The translations under genes and the position numbers were made by a program. A stretch of DNA of 42,976 nt from a virus (Duplodnaviria > Caudoviricetes), in the IMG/VR virus record IMGVR_UViG_3300017747_001641, positions 1 to 42,976 of that record, one strand, 5' to 3'. Under the pieces are notes generated by a model that saw nothing but the letters and a program-made list of their open reading frames with translations, was not told the DNA's origin and searched no databases. This document shows, piece after piece, positions 1 to 10,400 of the stretch; the first letter of the stretch is position 1; every line of letters begins with the position of its first letter.

Positions 1-10
1 CCCCGACACA

Positions 11-1261
11 ATGCTGGTTCACATGACCCCGGGGGAAGTACAGGGTCTTCAAGCACTTGCGCTGTCCCACGGCGGCTCCCTGACCATCAATCCACATACC
101 GGACTCCCTGAAGCTGGGTTTCTGAGGAACATCCTCCCTGCGCTGGCTGCTGCCGCTGCGGTCTATTTTTTCCCGCCTGCTGCTGGGGCATTGGCCGGTA
201 CTGCGGGTGCTGCTGGTGCTGCTGGTGCTGCTGGTGCTGCCGGAGCCGGGGGTCTATTTGGGCTTGGAGCAGCTGGTACAGGTGCTTTGGCGGGCGGGCT
301 TACAGGCGCTCTGACTAACAAACAAAACCCATTGCAAGGAGCTTTGATGGGTGCCCTTGGTGGCTACGGCATCGGTGGTGGTATGGGCGCGGCGATGCAG
401 TCTGGGCTGATTGAGGGCGCTGGTGCTGCTGGTGCTGGAGGGATACCTCTGGGGCCTGATGTAAGCAGTAATTTGGCCATTCCGGCTCCTGCAGCTTCCG
501 CCATTACATCTCCGTCGCCAGCCCCCATAAACGCATTGTTTGACGCCACAAATGAGACAGGTATAACCAACGCCTCTTTTAATCCTGACTTCACTGCTGT
601 GAGTACACCTACGGCACCGGCTGCGCAATCACCACAAGAGTTGATGGCCCAGTATGTGCAACAAGACGCCACTGAAGGTCGGATGAAGCCACCCTCCTTC
701 ATGCAAGCCCTCGGTCAACAGTTCCCCACCACGGGTTCAAAAGTTGCAGCAGGTCTGGGCGCTCTTGGGGCTGTAGGTGCCTTTGACCAGCCTAAGTTTG
801 ATTTTGCCGCACCGCAACAACAGCCATCTAACTATCGGAAACAAGGGCCTGTTCAGCGGGAATATGACCCAAACGCTTACAACACTCCCGCTCGATTATT
901 CTTCCCTGATCAGGGTATCCTGCGACCCAATTTCCTTGCGGCCAAAGGCGGGGAGGTGCCGTCCGTACCAGAGCTTGAAGATGGTGGTTTCGTTCTCACC
1001 AAGAAGGCGGTGGACGGTATTGGCAAGGGGGACAACGAGCGGGGTCAACGCGCTGCTGCAGCCGGTCTTGGAGCGATCCCCATAAAGGGTCCGGGAACTG
1101 GCACCAGCGATTCTATCCCGACCACGATCGACGGCAAACGCCCGGCGCTGCTGTCCAACGGCGAAGCCTACGTCCCGAGAGATCAGGTCAAACGCCGGGG
1201 TGGGGCCAAGAAGTTTTACGCCCTGATGAAGCAAGCTGAGAAGTCGGCCCGTCGGGCATGA
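11..1261 (+). CDS. Gly/Ala-rich putative internal virion/ejection protein, probably 5'-truncated by the window edge
   Basis: Frame is open from the window start (PDTMLVHMTPGEV). Long hydrophobic G/A-rich stretch, AKGGEV motif, C-terminal GPGTGTSDSIP..LSNGE motif seen in phage virion proteins. Confidence 0.65.
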   Translation: MLVHMTPGEVQGLQALALSHGGSLTINPHTGLPEAGFLRNILPALAAAAAVYFFPPAAGALAGTAGAAGAAGAAGAAGAGGLFGLGAAGTGALAGGLTGALTNKQNPLQGALMGALGGYGIGGGMGAAMQSGLIEGAGAAGAGGIPLGPDVSSNLAIPAPAASAITSPSPAPINALFDATNETGITNASFNPDFTAVSTPTAPAAQSPQELMAQYVQQDATEGRMKPPSFMQALGQQFPTTGSKVAAGLGALGAVGAFDQPKFDFAAPQQQPSNYRKQGPVQREYDPNAYNTPARLFFPDQGILRPNFLAAKGGEVPSVPELEDGGFVLTKKAVDGIGKGDNERGQRAAAAGLGAIPIKGPGTGTSDSIPTTIDGKRPALLSNGEAYVPRDQVKRRGGAKKFYALMKQAEKSARRA

Positions 1262-1689
1262 TGGTGAGTTTGGTGCCCCCGGGGCATGTGCATGAATGTT
1301 GGCCGTCCGTGCAAGAGTTTATGGACAAGGCGGCAGAGTATACGTTTGGGCGGTATCACGAAGACGATATTTATGACTTGGTGACTCAGAGGCCGGACTA
1401 TAACCTCTGGGTTGCCTTTGAAGAAGGCCCGGTCTACTATGGGGCGGTCGTTACCAGCATCACGGAGTACCCCAACAAACGGGTGCTGGCTATGCAGTTT
1501 TGTGGTGGTGATGAGATAGACCGTTGGAAAGACCCCATGCTGGCGCTGTTGCGCCGCTGGGCAAAGGACACGCAGTGCGACGCCATCGAATTCACGGGGC
1601 GCAAAGGCTGGGTAAAACTATTTGCCAATGACGGCAACCAAGTTCAATGGGTAACCTGTGAGTTACCGCTAGGAGATAGCAATGGGTAA
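1258..1689 (+). CDS. Putative GNAT-fold/acetyltransferase-like virion-module protein
   Basis: 143 aa, ATGA overlap with the upstream gene; pattern LWVAF..YYGAVVT..QFCGG..WAKDTQCDAIEFTGRKGW resembles small GNAT-like genes in podovirus ejection modules. Confidence 0.55.
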   Translation: MMVSLVPPGHVHECWPSVQEFMDKAAEYTFGRYHEDDIYDLVTQRPDYNLWVAFEEGPVYYGAVVTSITEYPNKRVLAMQFCGGDEIDRWKDPMLALLRRWAKDTQCDAIEFTGRKGWVKLFANDGNQVQWVTCELPLGDSNG

Positions 1690-4441
1690 AGGCGGCGGCG
1701 GAGCACCACAACCGACTACACAGACTGTTCAGCAGTCTAATATTCCGGAATACGCACGTCCTTATTTTGAGGACATAATGACGCGGGGCACTACCGCGTC
1801 CAACGTGCAGTATCAACCTTACACAGGTGAGCGGACCGCGCCCTTTACCCCCTTACAGCAACAAGCATTTGAGGGTGTGCAAAACCTCGGGCCTTCGCCG
1901 CTAATCGGCGCAGGTGCAGGACTCACGGGATTGGCTGCAGGTCAAGCCGCACAGGCTAGTCAGTATCAACCGATGGCCCCCCAACAGACATACCAAGCGC
2001 CGCAGTATCAAGGCATGGGGATCGAGTATCTGGGCACACAGGCTCCGCAGCTGCAGCAATTTGGTATGGGGCCTGCTGAACGTGTGCGTACTGGGTCTTT
2101 TGCACAGCCCGGAACGGCGGAAGCCTACATGTCTCCCTACATGCAGAATGTGGTGGATGTGCAGCAGCGGGAAGCGCAGCGGCAGGCGGATATCGCCCGG
2201 ACTCAACGTGGTGCGCAGGCTGTCGGTGCTGGTGCCTTTGGTGGCTCCCGTCAGGCAATTATGGAGGCCGAAGCTGCTCGCAATCTGGCGCTGCAAAAGG
2301 GTGACATCCAAGCGCAGGGGCTTCAGTCCGCGTTCCAGCAGGCTCAACAAGGGTATCAGACCGACGCCGCGCGTCGGCTTCAGGCTGCCCTTGCCAATCA
2401 ACAAGCTGGTCTCACAACGGGGCAACAGAATCTTCAGGCGCTTCTTCAGACACAAGGTCTTGGCGCTCAGACCGGTATGCAGGCCCAGCAGCTCAACCAA
2501 GCCGCACAGCTTCAAGCACAACAGCAGGCACTGGGTCAATCGCAGGCCGCCAATCAGTTTGCCCAACAGAACGCTCAACTCGCCGCTCAATACGGGCTGG
2601 CGGGGCTTCAGGCTGGGGAGCAGTCGCGGCAGTTCGGTGCCAACCTCGGTATGCAGGGCGCAGGGATGCTCGGGCAGTTGGGTGGGCAGTTCGGTCAGCT
2701 GGGTCAACAGGCGTTTGGTCAACAGGCAGGGGCACTCCAAGCTCAACAACAGGCCGGTGCCATTCAGCAGGCGCAAACTCAGCAGCAGCGCGATCAAGCC
2801 TACGAAGAGTTTATGCGGCAGCAGCTCTATCCGCAGTCTCAGTTGCAGTTCCTCAGTTCCCTGCTCCGTGGCTCCGTTGTTGCGCCGCAACAGACGATGT
2901 ATTCCTACCAAGCGCAGCCGTCCATGGTGTCGCAGATCGGTGGTCTGGGTCTCGGCGCACTAGGCATGTCCAAAGCGTTCGGTGCCAAAGAAGGCGGCGA
3001 GGTGCCGGGGTATGCAGATGGCGGTGTCACAGGAGGCAAGGATGGGTTGGCCTCAAATGTCGCCAAGCTGACCAAGTTCCTGCTGTCCAGCCAAAACCCG
3101 GAGCAGGATGTTCGCCGCATGAGCGGCACTCCGATTGAGAAATATCTGGCTTTGCAAAAGGTGCAGCAGTTGCGTGGTGCCACACAAAATCAAGCCGCCC
3201 TTGATCGTGGAGTCCCTCAAGGCACGGTAATGGACGAGATGGGCCTCGCTGGCATGGACGCTGGTGTGATGGAAGAACCCTACGCAGGTGGCGGGATTGT
3301 GGCGTTTCAGTACGGCGGTTCTAGCATGGGTGCAGAGATGGGTGAGATGATCGAGCAAGAGCCACCCCGCAAACCTACCCCCGAAGAAGTTGACGCAGCT
3401 ATCGCGGCCAGACGGGCGCGGGGTGAAAATCTTGGACTGGCGCAAATACTAGATATTCAATCGGGTAAGATGGGGCTCCCAGCCGCGCTGCCCCAACCAG
3501 TACCAGCTAAACCCACACAAGCCGCTCCCAGCACACAAGCCGCTCCCGGCGCACAACCCACAATACCTCCTGCTCGCCCTTCAATCACGCCGGGTGGAGC
3601 AATAAAGTCCGATGAAAATGAACTCATGAAGTTCAACAAGATTGCGATGCTTGATCCAAAGGCTCGTGAGGATGAGTACCGGAAGGCCATGGAAGAGAAG
3701 TTCCCCAGCGAGCTGAAAGAACGCCTCGACGAGTATAAATCTCAGGCCGCACAAGCACGGGAAGAACGTGATGCAGATCGCTGGTTGGCTGTGGCTATGG
3801 GTGGATTTGCCGCCGCTGCAGGTCAGTCGCCGTACGCGCTGCAAAATTTGGCTCAAGGGTTTGGCCTCACTGCTAAAGAGATGGTCACAATCAACAAAGA
3901 CTTCCGCAAGGCAGAGGACCTTCGCAACAAAGCCATACGTGAAGAACGTAAAGCTGACCGCCTTGAACGGATGGGCCTCGAAGATAAAGCCCTCGATATT
4001 CGTACGCGGGCCGAGAAATTTAATCTCGATGCAACAAAAGCTAACAACGATCTTCAAGCGCATCTTGCACAGACTAGTGCGTATCGCGATCTCAAGAAAG
4101 AAGAACAGCGGACACGCCAAATGCAAATTGGGTCGTCTGAGGCACTGCGAAAAGACCTACAGCAAGAACGGCTCGCTGCGCAAGAACGGGATAAGATACT
4201 CGGTGTGCAGGCCAAGATTGAAAAAGAACTGGAGCCGTACAACACGGAGCTGGGCAGGCTGAGGATGGCCCAAGCACAGGGTGCCACCACTATGCCGGTT
4301 AAAGGTAAAGGGGATGTGCCTATCGACACGCTTATACAAAATATGACTGCGGCCCGCCAATCTGCTAGGCAGAAGCTCGAAAAAGACTACAGAATACCTG
4401 CTGCGGGCGGGGGTGCTAAATTTCTTGGATATGAGAAGTAA
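1682..4441 (+). CDS. Gln/Gly/Ala-rich DNA pilot/ejection-like protein
   Basis: 919 aa, GGAG RBS; starts MGKGGGG..; GAFGGSRQA motif; Q-rich coiled coil; located between virion genes. Confidence 0.65.
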   Translation: MGKGGGGAPQPTTQTVQQSNIPEYARPYFEDIMTRGTTASNVQYQPYTGERTAPFTPLQQQAFEGVQNLGPSPLIGAGAGLTGLAAGQAAQASQYQPMAPQQTYQAPQYQGMGIEYLGTQAPQLQQFGMGPAERVRTGSFAQPGTAEAYMSPYMQNVVDVQQREAQRQADIARTQRGAQAVGAGAFGGSRQAIMEAEAARNLALQKGDIQAQGLQSAFQQAQQGYQTDAARRLQAALANQQAGLTTGQQNLQALLQTQGLGAQTGMQAQQLNQAAQLQAQQQALGQSQAANQFAQQNAQLAAQYGLAGLQAGEQSRQFGANLGMQGAGMLGQLGGQFGQLGQQAFGQQAGALQAQQQAGAIQQAQTQQQRDQAYEEFMRQQLYPQSQLQFLSSLLRGSVVAPQQTMYSYQAQPSMVSQIGGLGLGALGMSKAFGAKEGGEVPGYADGGVTGGKDGLASNVAKLTKFLLSSQNPEQDVRRMSGTPIEKYLALQKVQQLRGATQNQAALDRGVPQGTVMDEMGLAGMDAGVMEEPYAGGGIVAFQYGGSSMGAEMGEMIEQEPPRKPTPEEVDAAIAARRARGENLGLAQILDIQSGKMGLPAALPQPVPAKPTQAAPSTQAAPGAQPTIPPARPSITPGGAIKSDENELMKFNKIAMLDPKAREDEYRKAMEEKFPSELKERLDEYKSQAAQAREERDADRWLAVAMGGFAAAAGQSPYALQNLAQGFGLTAKEMVTINKDFRKAEDLRNKAIREERKADRLERMGLEDKALDIRTRAEKFNLDATKANNDLQAHLAQTSAYRDLKKEEQRTRQMQIGSSEALRKDLQQERLAAQERDKILGVQAKIEKELEPYNTELGRLRMAQAQGATTMPVKGKGDVPIDTLIQNMTAARQSARQKLEKDYRIPAAGGGAKFLGYEK

Positions 4442-4443
4442 CA

Positions 4444-7400
4444 ATGCCAATAGCCAGATTTCAGATGCCGGATGGCCGCATAGGCCGATTTGAAGTACCT
4501 GATGGGCTGTCTGACTCAGAAGTATCCAGTTTAATCAATCAGTCTCTGGGGGAAACCCAAACCCCAGAAATGCAACCAATCCCCAACGAGCCGGGGTTCT
4601 TCCGTGCCTTAAAGACCGGTGCTACTTCAACTGCGCAGTCGCTGTTCCCGGCTGCCAAGCTCATGGCATCTCCCGAGGACGAGGCGGCTGCGGAGCAGCT
4701 ACGCCAAGTAGGTCAGACCGCACAAGACGCTTATCGCCGCACGGAGTTCAGTGAGATTGGTGAGCTGGCCAAGTCCGGAGACATCGGCGGTGCGCTGGGT
4801 GCAACATGGAGCAAGTTCAAAGAGCTGGCTGGTGAGTCCATCGGGTTTCAAGCACCCGCTGCCGCTGCAGGTCTGGCAGCGAGGGTTGGTGTAGGCGCGG
4901 CGGCTGCGGCGGCTGGTGTGGCTGCGGCTCCTGCAGCAGCTATTGGTGTGGGTGCGTATGGCTTGACACTGCTGGGTCAATATGTGGCGAGCAACCTCGG
5001 TCGGCAGGTCGAGGAGAATAAAGGCAAGCCGGTTGAACGGCTCCCCGCCACCATTGCGGGTTCTGGGCAGGCTGCGCTTGATCTGCTTGGCGCGAAGTAC
5101 TTGGGGCTGGGTAAGCTGCTGGGTCTCGAGGGCAAAGCGGCGGCGGAGCAGACTGTTGAGCAGTTGGTCAAAGCCGCTCAGAAACCCACACGGGGTCAGC
5201 TGGCGAAAACAGCGGCGGTTGGCGGTGCCAAGGGTATTGGCTTTGAAGTCCCGCAGGAGGTGGCACAGTCGGTTCTGGAGCGCTGGCAGGCTGGGTTGCC
5301 AACCAATCCATTTGATGATCCCGGTGCCGCGAAAGAATACGCCGAGGCTGCAGCCGGTGCGCTGCTGCTGGGTGGTCCGCTGGGTGCCATTGGTCGCGTT
5401 GGAGAAAAACGCCGTGAGCGTGGCGAAGCCATGACTGAGCTTCAGCGCCGTGGGGAAATAGAAGTTCAGCAAGAGCAAGAAGCGCTGGGGCCTACGGCTG
5501 TGGCCCCAACAACCGGCGAGTATACCGGGATCAAGACGGCCACCGCCGAGGAAGGGCCCGGACGGGAACAATTTCAAGACGAGCTCGATGCGGAGCGCCA
5601 ACGGTATGAGGAAGACCTTCGCATAACTAAAGAACGCTTTGACGCGGCTAGACCGAACAGCAAGGCATATAAAGAGCTGAAGGCAGAGCTTGAGAAACTT
5701 GGCACGGACTATCCAAAACCCGACCGCGAGATGGCCAAGCGGTTGAAGGTGTTTGAGCAGGCGCAGCCTGACGAGCAAGGACTGTTTCGCCCGGAACGAG
5801 TTGCGCCCGCATACCCTGCAGCGCCGGATGTTCCGCAACCCATTGGCAATGTGATAACCCCCGGCGCACTCACCAGTCTGAATGTCCGCGACACGCTGAA
5901 ATACAAAGGTCGTCCGATGAAGGACGTCCTGCTTGGGCTTAACCTGAACCGGGCGGATGATCTCGTTATTTTTGACCGCGTTATGGAAGACGCGGGTAAT
6001 CGAAATGTGAAGCTCAATTACGCGTTGGCCGGAGAATTGAGCGATCGTGCATTGTCTGCGCGACTGCAGGAACGTACCAAATTTGCTACCCCGACAGTAA
6101 TCGGTGAGCAGCCGCAACTTACGGGCACCCTGACTCCAGAACAGCAGGCATTCTTTGAGCAGACAAGCGCGGCAGGTCAACAGCCCGGGCTTGAGGTTCA
6201 ACGTGCTCAGGAGCGCCAGCCGCAAGAGGGCCCGTCACGGATTATTGTCCCCGAGGAACGTCAGCCGCAGGTCGGTGGGTTGCCAATACTTCGCCCGACA
6301 ACCAAACCTACGCCAAAAGCCCCGTCCCCTACAGAATCATGGGCTCCAACACTGGTGACGGACCAGACACTGGATCAATTCGGCATATCGAAAGACGAGA
6401 AGAAAAAGCCGGTGGCTGAACTTCGCAAGGCATTGTTTGGTGGCCTTGACCTTAACAACCCGGTGGACGCTGCGGTAGTGCGTGATGCTCTGCGCGAATA
6501 CCGGAGTCACGCGCTTACGCCTAAAGACCAGAAACAAAAGGCAGATGACGCGATACGCAGCTTGGGTCTGGCTGGGCAGCAGTCCCTCGATTTATTCCCT
6601 CGCCCCGAAAAGGAGACCCCTCGTGCTGATAGATCAGAAACTACTGGAACAGGCGTGGTGGCACCTGTATCACAACGAGCCGACCGAGGACGAGAGGTTG
6701 CTGGAGCTGGAGCTGCCCCTGTGGTTGGAGATCAAGGACGAACTGCTCAAACTACTGGTCGAGCGGAGTCACAGCAGGCTGCATTAACCGATGAGCGTTT
6801 TGATTTTATTACTAAGTCCGCCGAAAAAGATAACTTATCATGGCCCGTTAAAGACAGAGCGCGGTTTCATATGTTTAATCCAAACGGATTGGTTGCGGCC
6901 AAGCGTGCTATGGATGAACAGGTAACCCGTTTGGTCGATGAAGGTCTTGCAAAGTCTGGGGCAATTCTTGCGTATGGGTCGGGCAATGATTATAGCGTTA
7001 ACGATTTTTATAAAGACAAGCGCGTAACGCGTAGGTCTTTAGCCGAAAGCTTAGAGAGAATTCAAAAGGATATCGACACCGCAAGAAAATATGTTGAAAA
7101 AACCAGAGGTAGCACCATTGAGGGTGAGTACTCCGTAGTAGAAGAGACCGCGATGTTGATGCTGGAACGCGCAGAGGAGAAGTTAAGCGCGGCTGAAACA
7201 GCACGGTTGGAGAAGCACTATGGCGCACGCAAGGATACCCCGGAGTATCAGAGCAGGCTCCGCGAAGACATCGTTTCGTTTATAAACAACGGCGCGGCGT
7301 CCATTGCTGCGGCCATACGAAGCATCATCAGAAAGTTGGCAGTTGTCGTGCTGTCTGTTGGTGTTGTGTTCAATCAGGGCAGCTTCCTGAGCGACGCAAA

Positions 7401-10400
7401 AGCCATTCCGATGCCGGTCCCGCAGACCAAGGCTCAAGTAATACAGATCATTGAAAAGTCGAAAGCAAATTTTGGCCAAGTCAAACCTTCGGCTACCGTT
7501 GCAACGGTTGCGGATTGGGTCATTGGTGACCGCAACAATCAAGGCAAACCATTTATCGTTGTTGATAAGCCGACGGCTATGGCCTACGCATTCGATGGCG
7601 ACGGTAAGCTGGAAGCTGTAACACCAGTGCTGCTTGGTAAAAATGCCACTGCGGATGTGTTGCCGGAGTCAGCCATAAGCAAGACAGTAGAGCAGACTAC
7701 CGAATCCGAGAAGGTCACGCCTGCTGGTCGCTTCGATGCGACTGTCGAGAAGAGCAGTAGCTATGGTACGTCTCTGCGGTTTATGGAGCTGCCGAATGCG
7801 AACTTGGCAATGCACCAGACTTACTTGGGCACACCCGCCGAGCGCCGCCAGCAGCGACTCGATACTCCGACGCCCGCTGACAACTACGTGTCGTATGGGT
7901 GCATAAACGTCGGTGCTGAGTTCTACAATAAGCACATCCTGAAGCCGTTCTCCGGGGGCGGTGTGATGTACATCACACCCATGACCCAGAACCTTAACGA
8001 CACATTCAGGGAACTTGCCACTTACAGCCCAACTTACACGGTTGTAACTGAAACCGTCAACAACCCGCAAAGCGCATCCGATGTAGCCGCGCATTCCACG
8101 CAGGGTGCCCCTCGGGAGCGGCAGGGACGGAACCAACCCAAGGCGACCAAAGTCCGGCGTCCAGAGCCCCCGTCCGGGCTCCCGCTGGAAGAAAAACCAG
8201 TTGGACCTAAGCTAAACAATACGGCTGCGACGGCGGTTCAAGCTGGGGATTTGCGCGGTGCGTTGCGAGAAATTTCCGAGTCCGGCTCCACGCCGATGAT
8301 GCGCATGGTGGCTAAGAAGCTGCTGGGCTATGTTGGTCAAACCAAGATCAAGATTGGTGATGTGCCGGGCTCAGGGCAGTACGATCCGGATACGGACACC
8401 ATTACGATCAACCCAAATGCGCTGCACGAACACACTGTTCTGCATGAGATGGTTCATGCGGCGATATCCCACGTATTACGCAACCGTTTCCACCCGCTGA
8501 CCCGGGAGCTAGGTAGTCTTTATCGTAAGCTACTGCCCCGAATCCAGAACACCTACGGTGCGACAAGCCTGCAGGAGTTCGCGGCAGAGGCGCAGTCCAA
8601 CCCCGAGTTCCGTGCCATGCTGCACAACATTCGCGCCCCGCAAGGTGCGTTAAAAACAGCGTGGGACCACATCGTTGACGCCGTTCGCAAATTCCTACGG
8701 CTCTCTCCCCGGCAGTCGCAGACCGCGCTTGACAAAATCGACAAGGTAATCGACGACCTGCTGACAACTGCTAAGGTTGAACCGAAGACCCCGGGCGATA
8801 TCCTGTTCCTCAACGCTAACGTATCTGGCTCCTCCGCTGCCTACCAGCAGCTGCTTAACAGCATGGGGCAACAGACGCGGATGCTACCGGAGTTTACGCA
8901 AGGGTGGTTTGATTCGTTGGGTAAGCTGAACCGGACACTGGTGGGTGCCATCACCAAGACGTTGGATATGAACCATCTGGCGGAGATTTACGGCGATCGG
9001 GTGCCTGCAATTCGCGGCATCATAAACCTGCTTAACGAACGCCGTGGCTACGAGAACACACAGTTTGACCGTGCAGGCAAGAACTCCCGAATGCTCAAGC
9101 GCATGTATGACAAATACAAGACGTCTCTCAAGAAAGAATGGGAGCTGTTTACTGATGTCATATTTGATTCAACACGCACGCTGTATGACCCGTCGGCACC
9201 GTCGGAGAGCGGCAACCCCGGAGCAGAGGCAGGCCCTGATATCCAAAATAAATGGAATCGTCTGCCAAAAGATTTGCAGGACGCCTACCGTGACATTAAG
9301 GACCACTACACGGCGATGTACAAGGACTACATGGCGGCGCTGGATAAAGACCTCATCGCACTGCCGGAGAACGAGCGCGCGAACATTCGCGCCGCCATCG
9401 AGAACAAGATCAAGCCTTACTTCCCGCTGATGCGGTTTGGTGACTACTGGTTAGAGTTCGAGCGCAACGGTGAGCGGTATGTCACGGCGTTTGAGACTCC
9501 CGAAGAGCGGCAGCGGGCTATCACCGCGCTCAAGCTGGACAGGAAATCTCCGGGGTTCAAGATATACAAGAAGATCGAGGAAGTGCTGTCGCGCCCGCCG
9601 TCAGATCCGATGATCCAGCGCACATTGAAGGCACTGACGGATAACGGCGTGGACAAGGAGACTAAAGACCGGGTGCACCGTGCGCTGCTGCAGCTCAACC
9701 CGCAGCAATCTGTCATCTTTAATATGCTGAAGCGGGAAGGCTACGAGGGTTTCTCTAGAGACCTTATCCGGGCTTACACGACCATGACCCCGAGGCTGAT
9801 TTCGCAGACTGCTTCGCGCATGTATAACCGCAGCATCGAAGAGACCGCAGGCTACGCCCGGGTGCAGCTGGAAGAGATATCGAACGCAGCCGATGAGGGC
9901 TACGATGCACTGGCTGACGCTGTGGCAGAGGAGTTGTCAGGTAAGCAGGGGTCGCGGCTAGATGTCATCATGAACCCCAAGCCTAACAAGCTGGCGTCTA
10001 CGATGAACTGGTTGACCTATGGATACTTCATGGGTGCCAACGTGTCCACGGCGCTTATCAACATGACACAGACGCCGATGGTGGCCTACCCGATAATGGC
10101 CAGCAAGTTTGGCATCACCGACACCACCAAGGCGCTGATGGACGCATACAAGTTCTACGGGTCACACGCTTTCAAGAATCCGATAGAGAAGTTCAAGACG
10201 CACGGCTATCTGTCGCCGCTGAACACACTACCAAAAGGTCATCCGCTGGCCAATCTGTACAGCGAACTACAGCGGCGCGGTCAGATCAATATCTCCATCA
10301 CGCAGGAGCTGCTGGACCTGCAGGCGCAACCCACCGACAAAGTCAGTAAGACCAAGCAGCGAGTCGGTGTGGCGATGTCGTTTGCACACCAGATGACGGA

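Noticed and set aside
205-243. 9-bp GCTGCTGGT repeats (also an 18-bp repeat near 3514-3549 and a 12-bp repeat near 27451-27486)
   Set aside because: In-frame coding repeats of low-complexity linkers; no sign of a separate function.
4699-6225. 508-aa antisense ORF and other long shadow ORFs (1901-2911, 1914-2963, 28934-29842, 21115-21885)
   Set aside because: They overlap well-supported genes on the other strand or frame, as expected in GC-rich coding DNA; no motifs.
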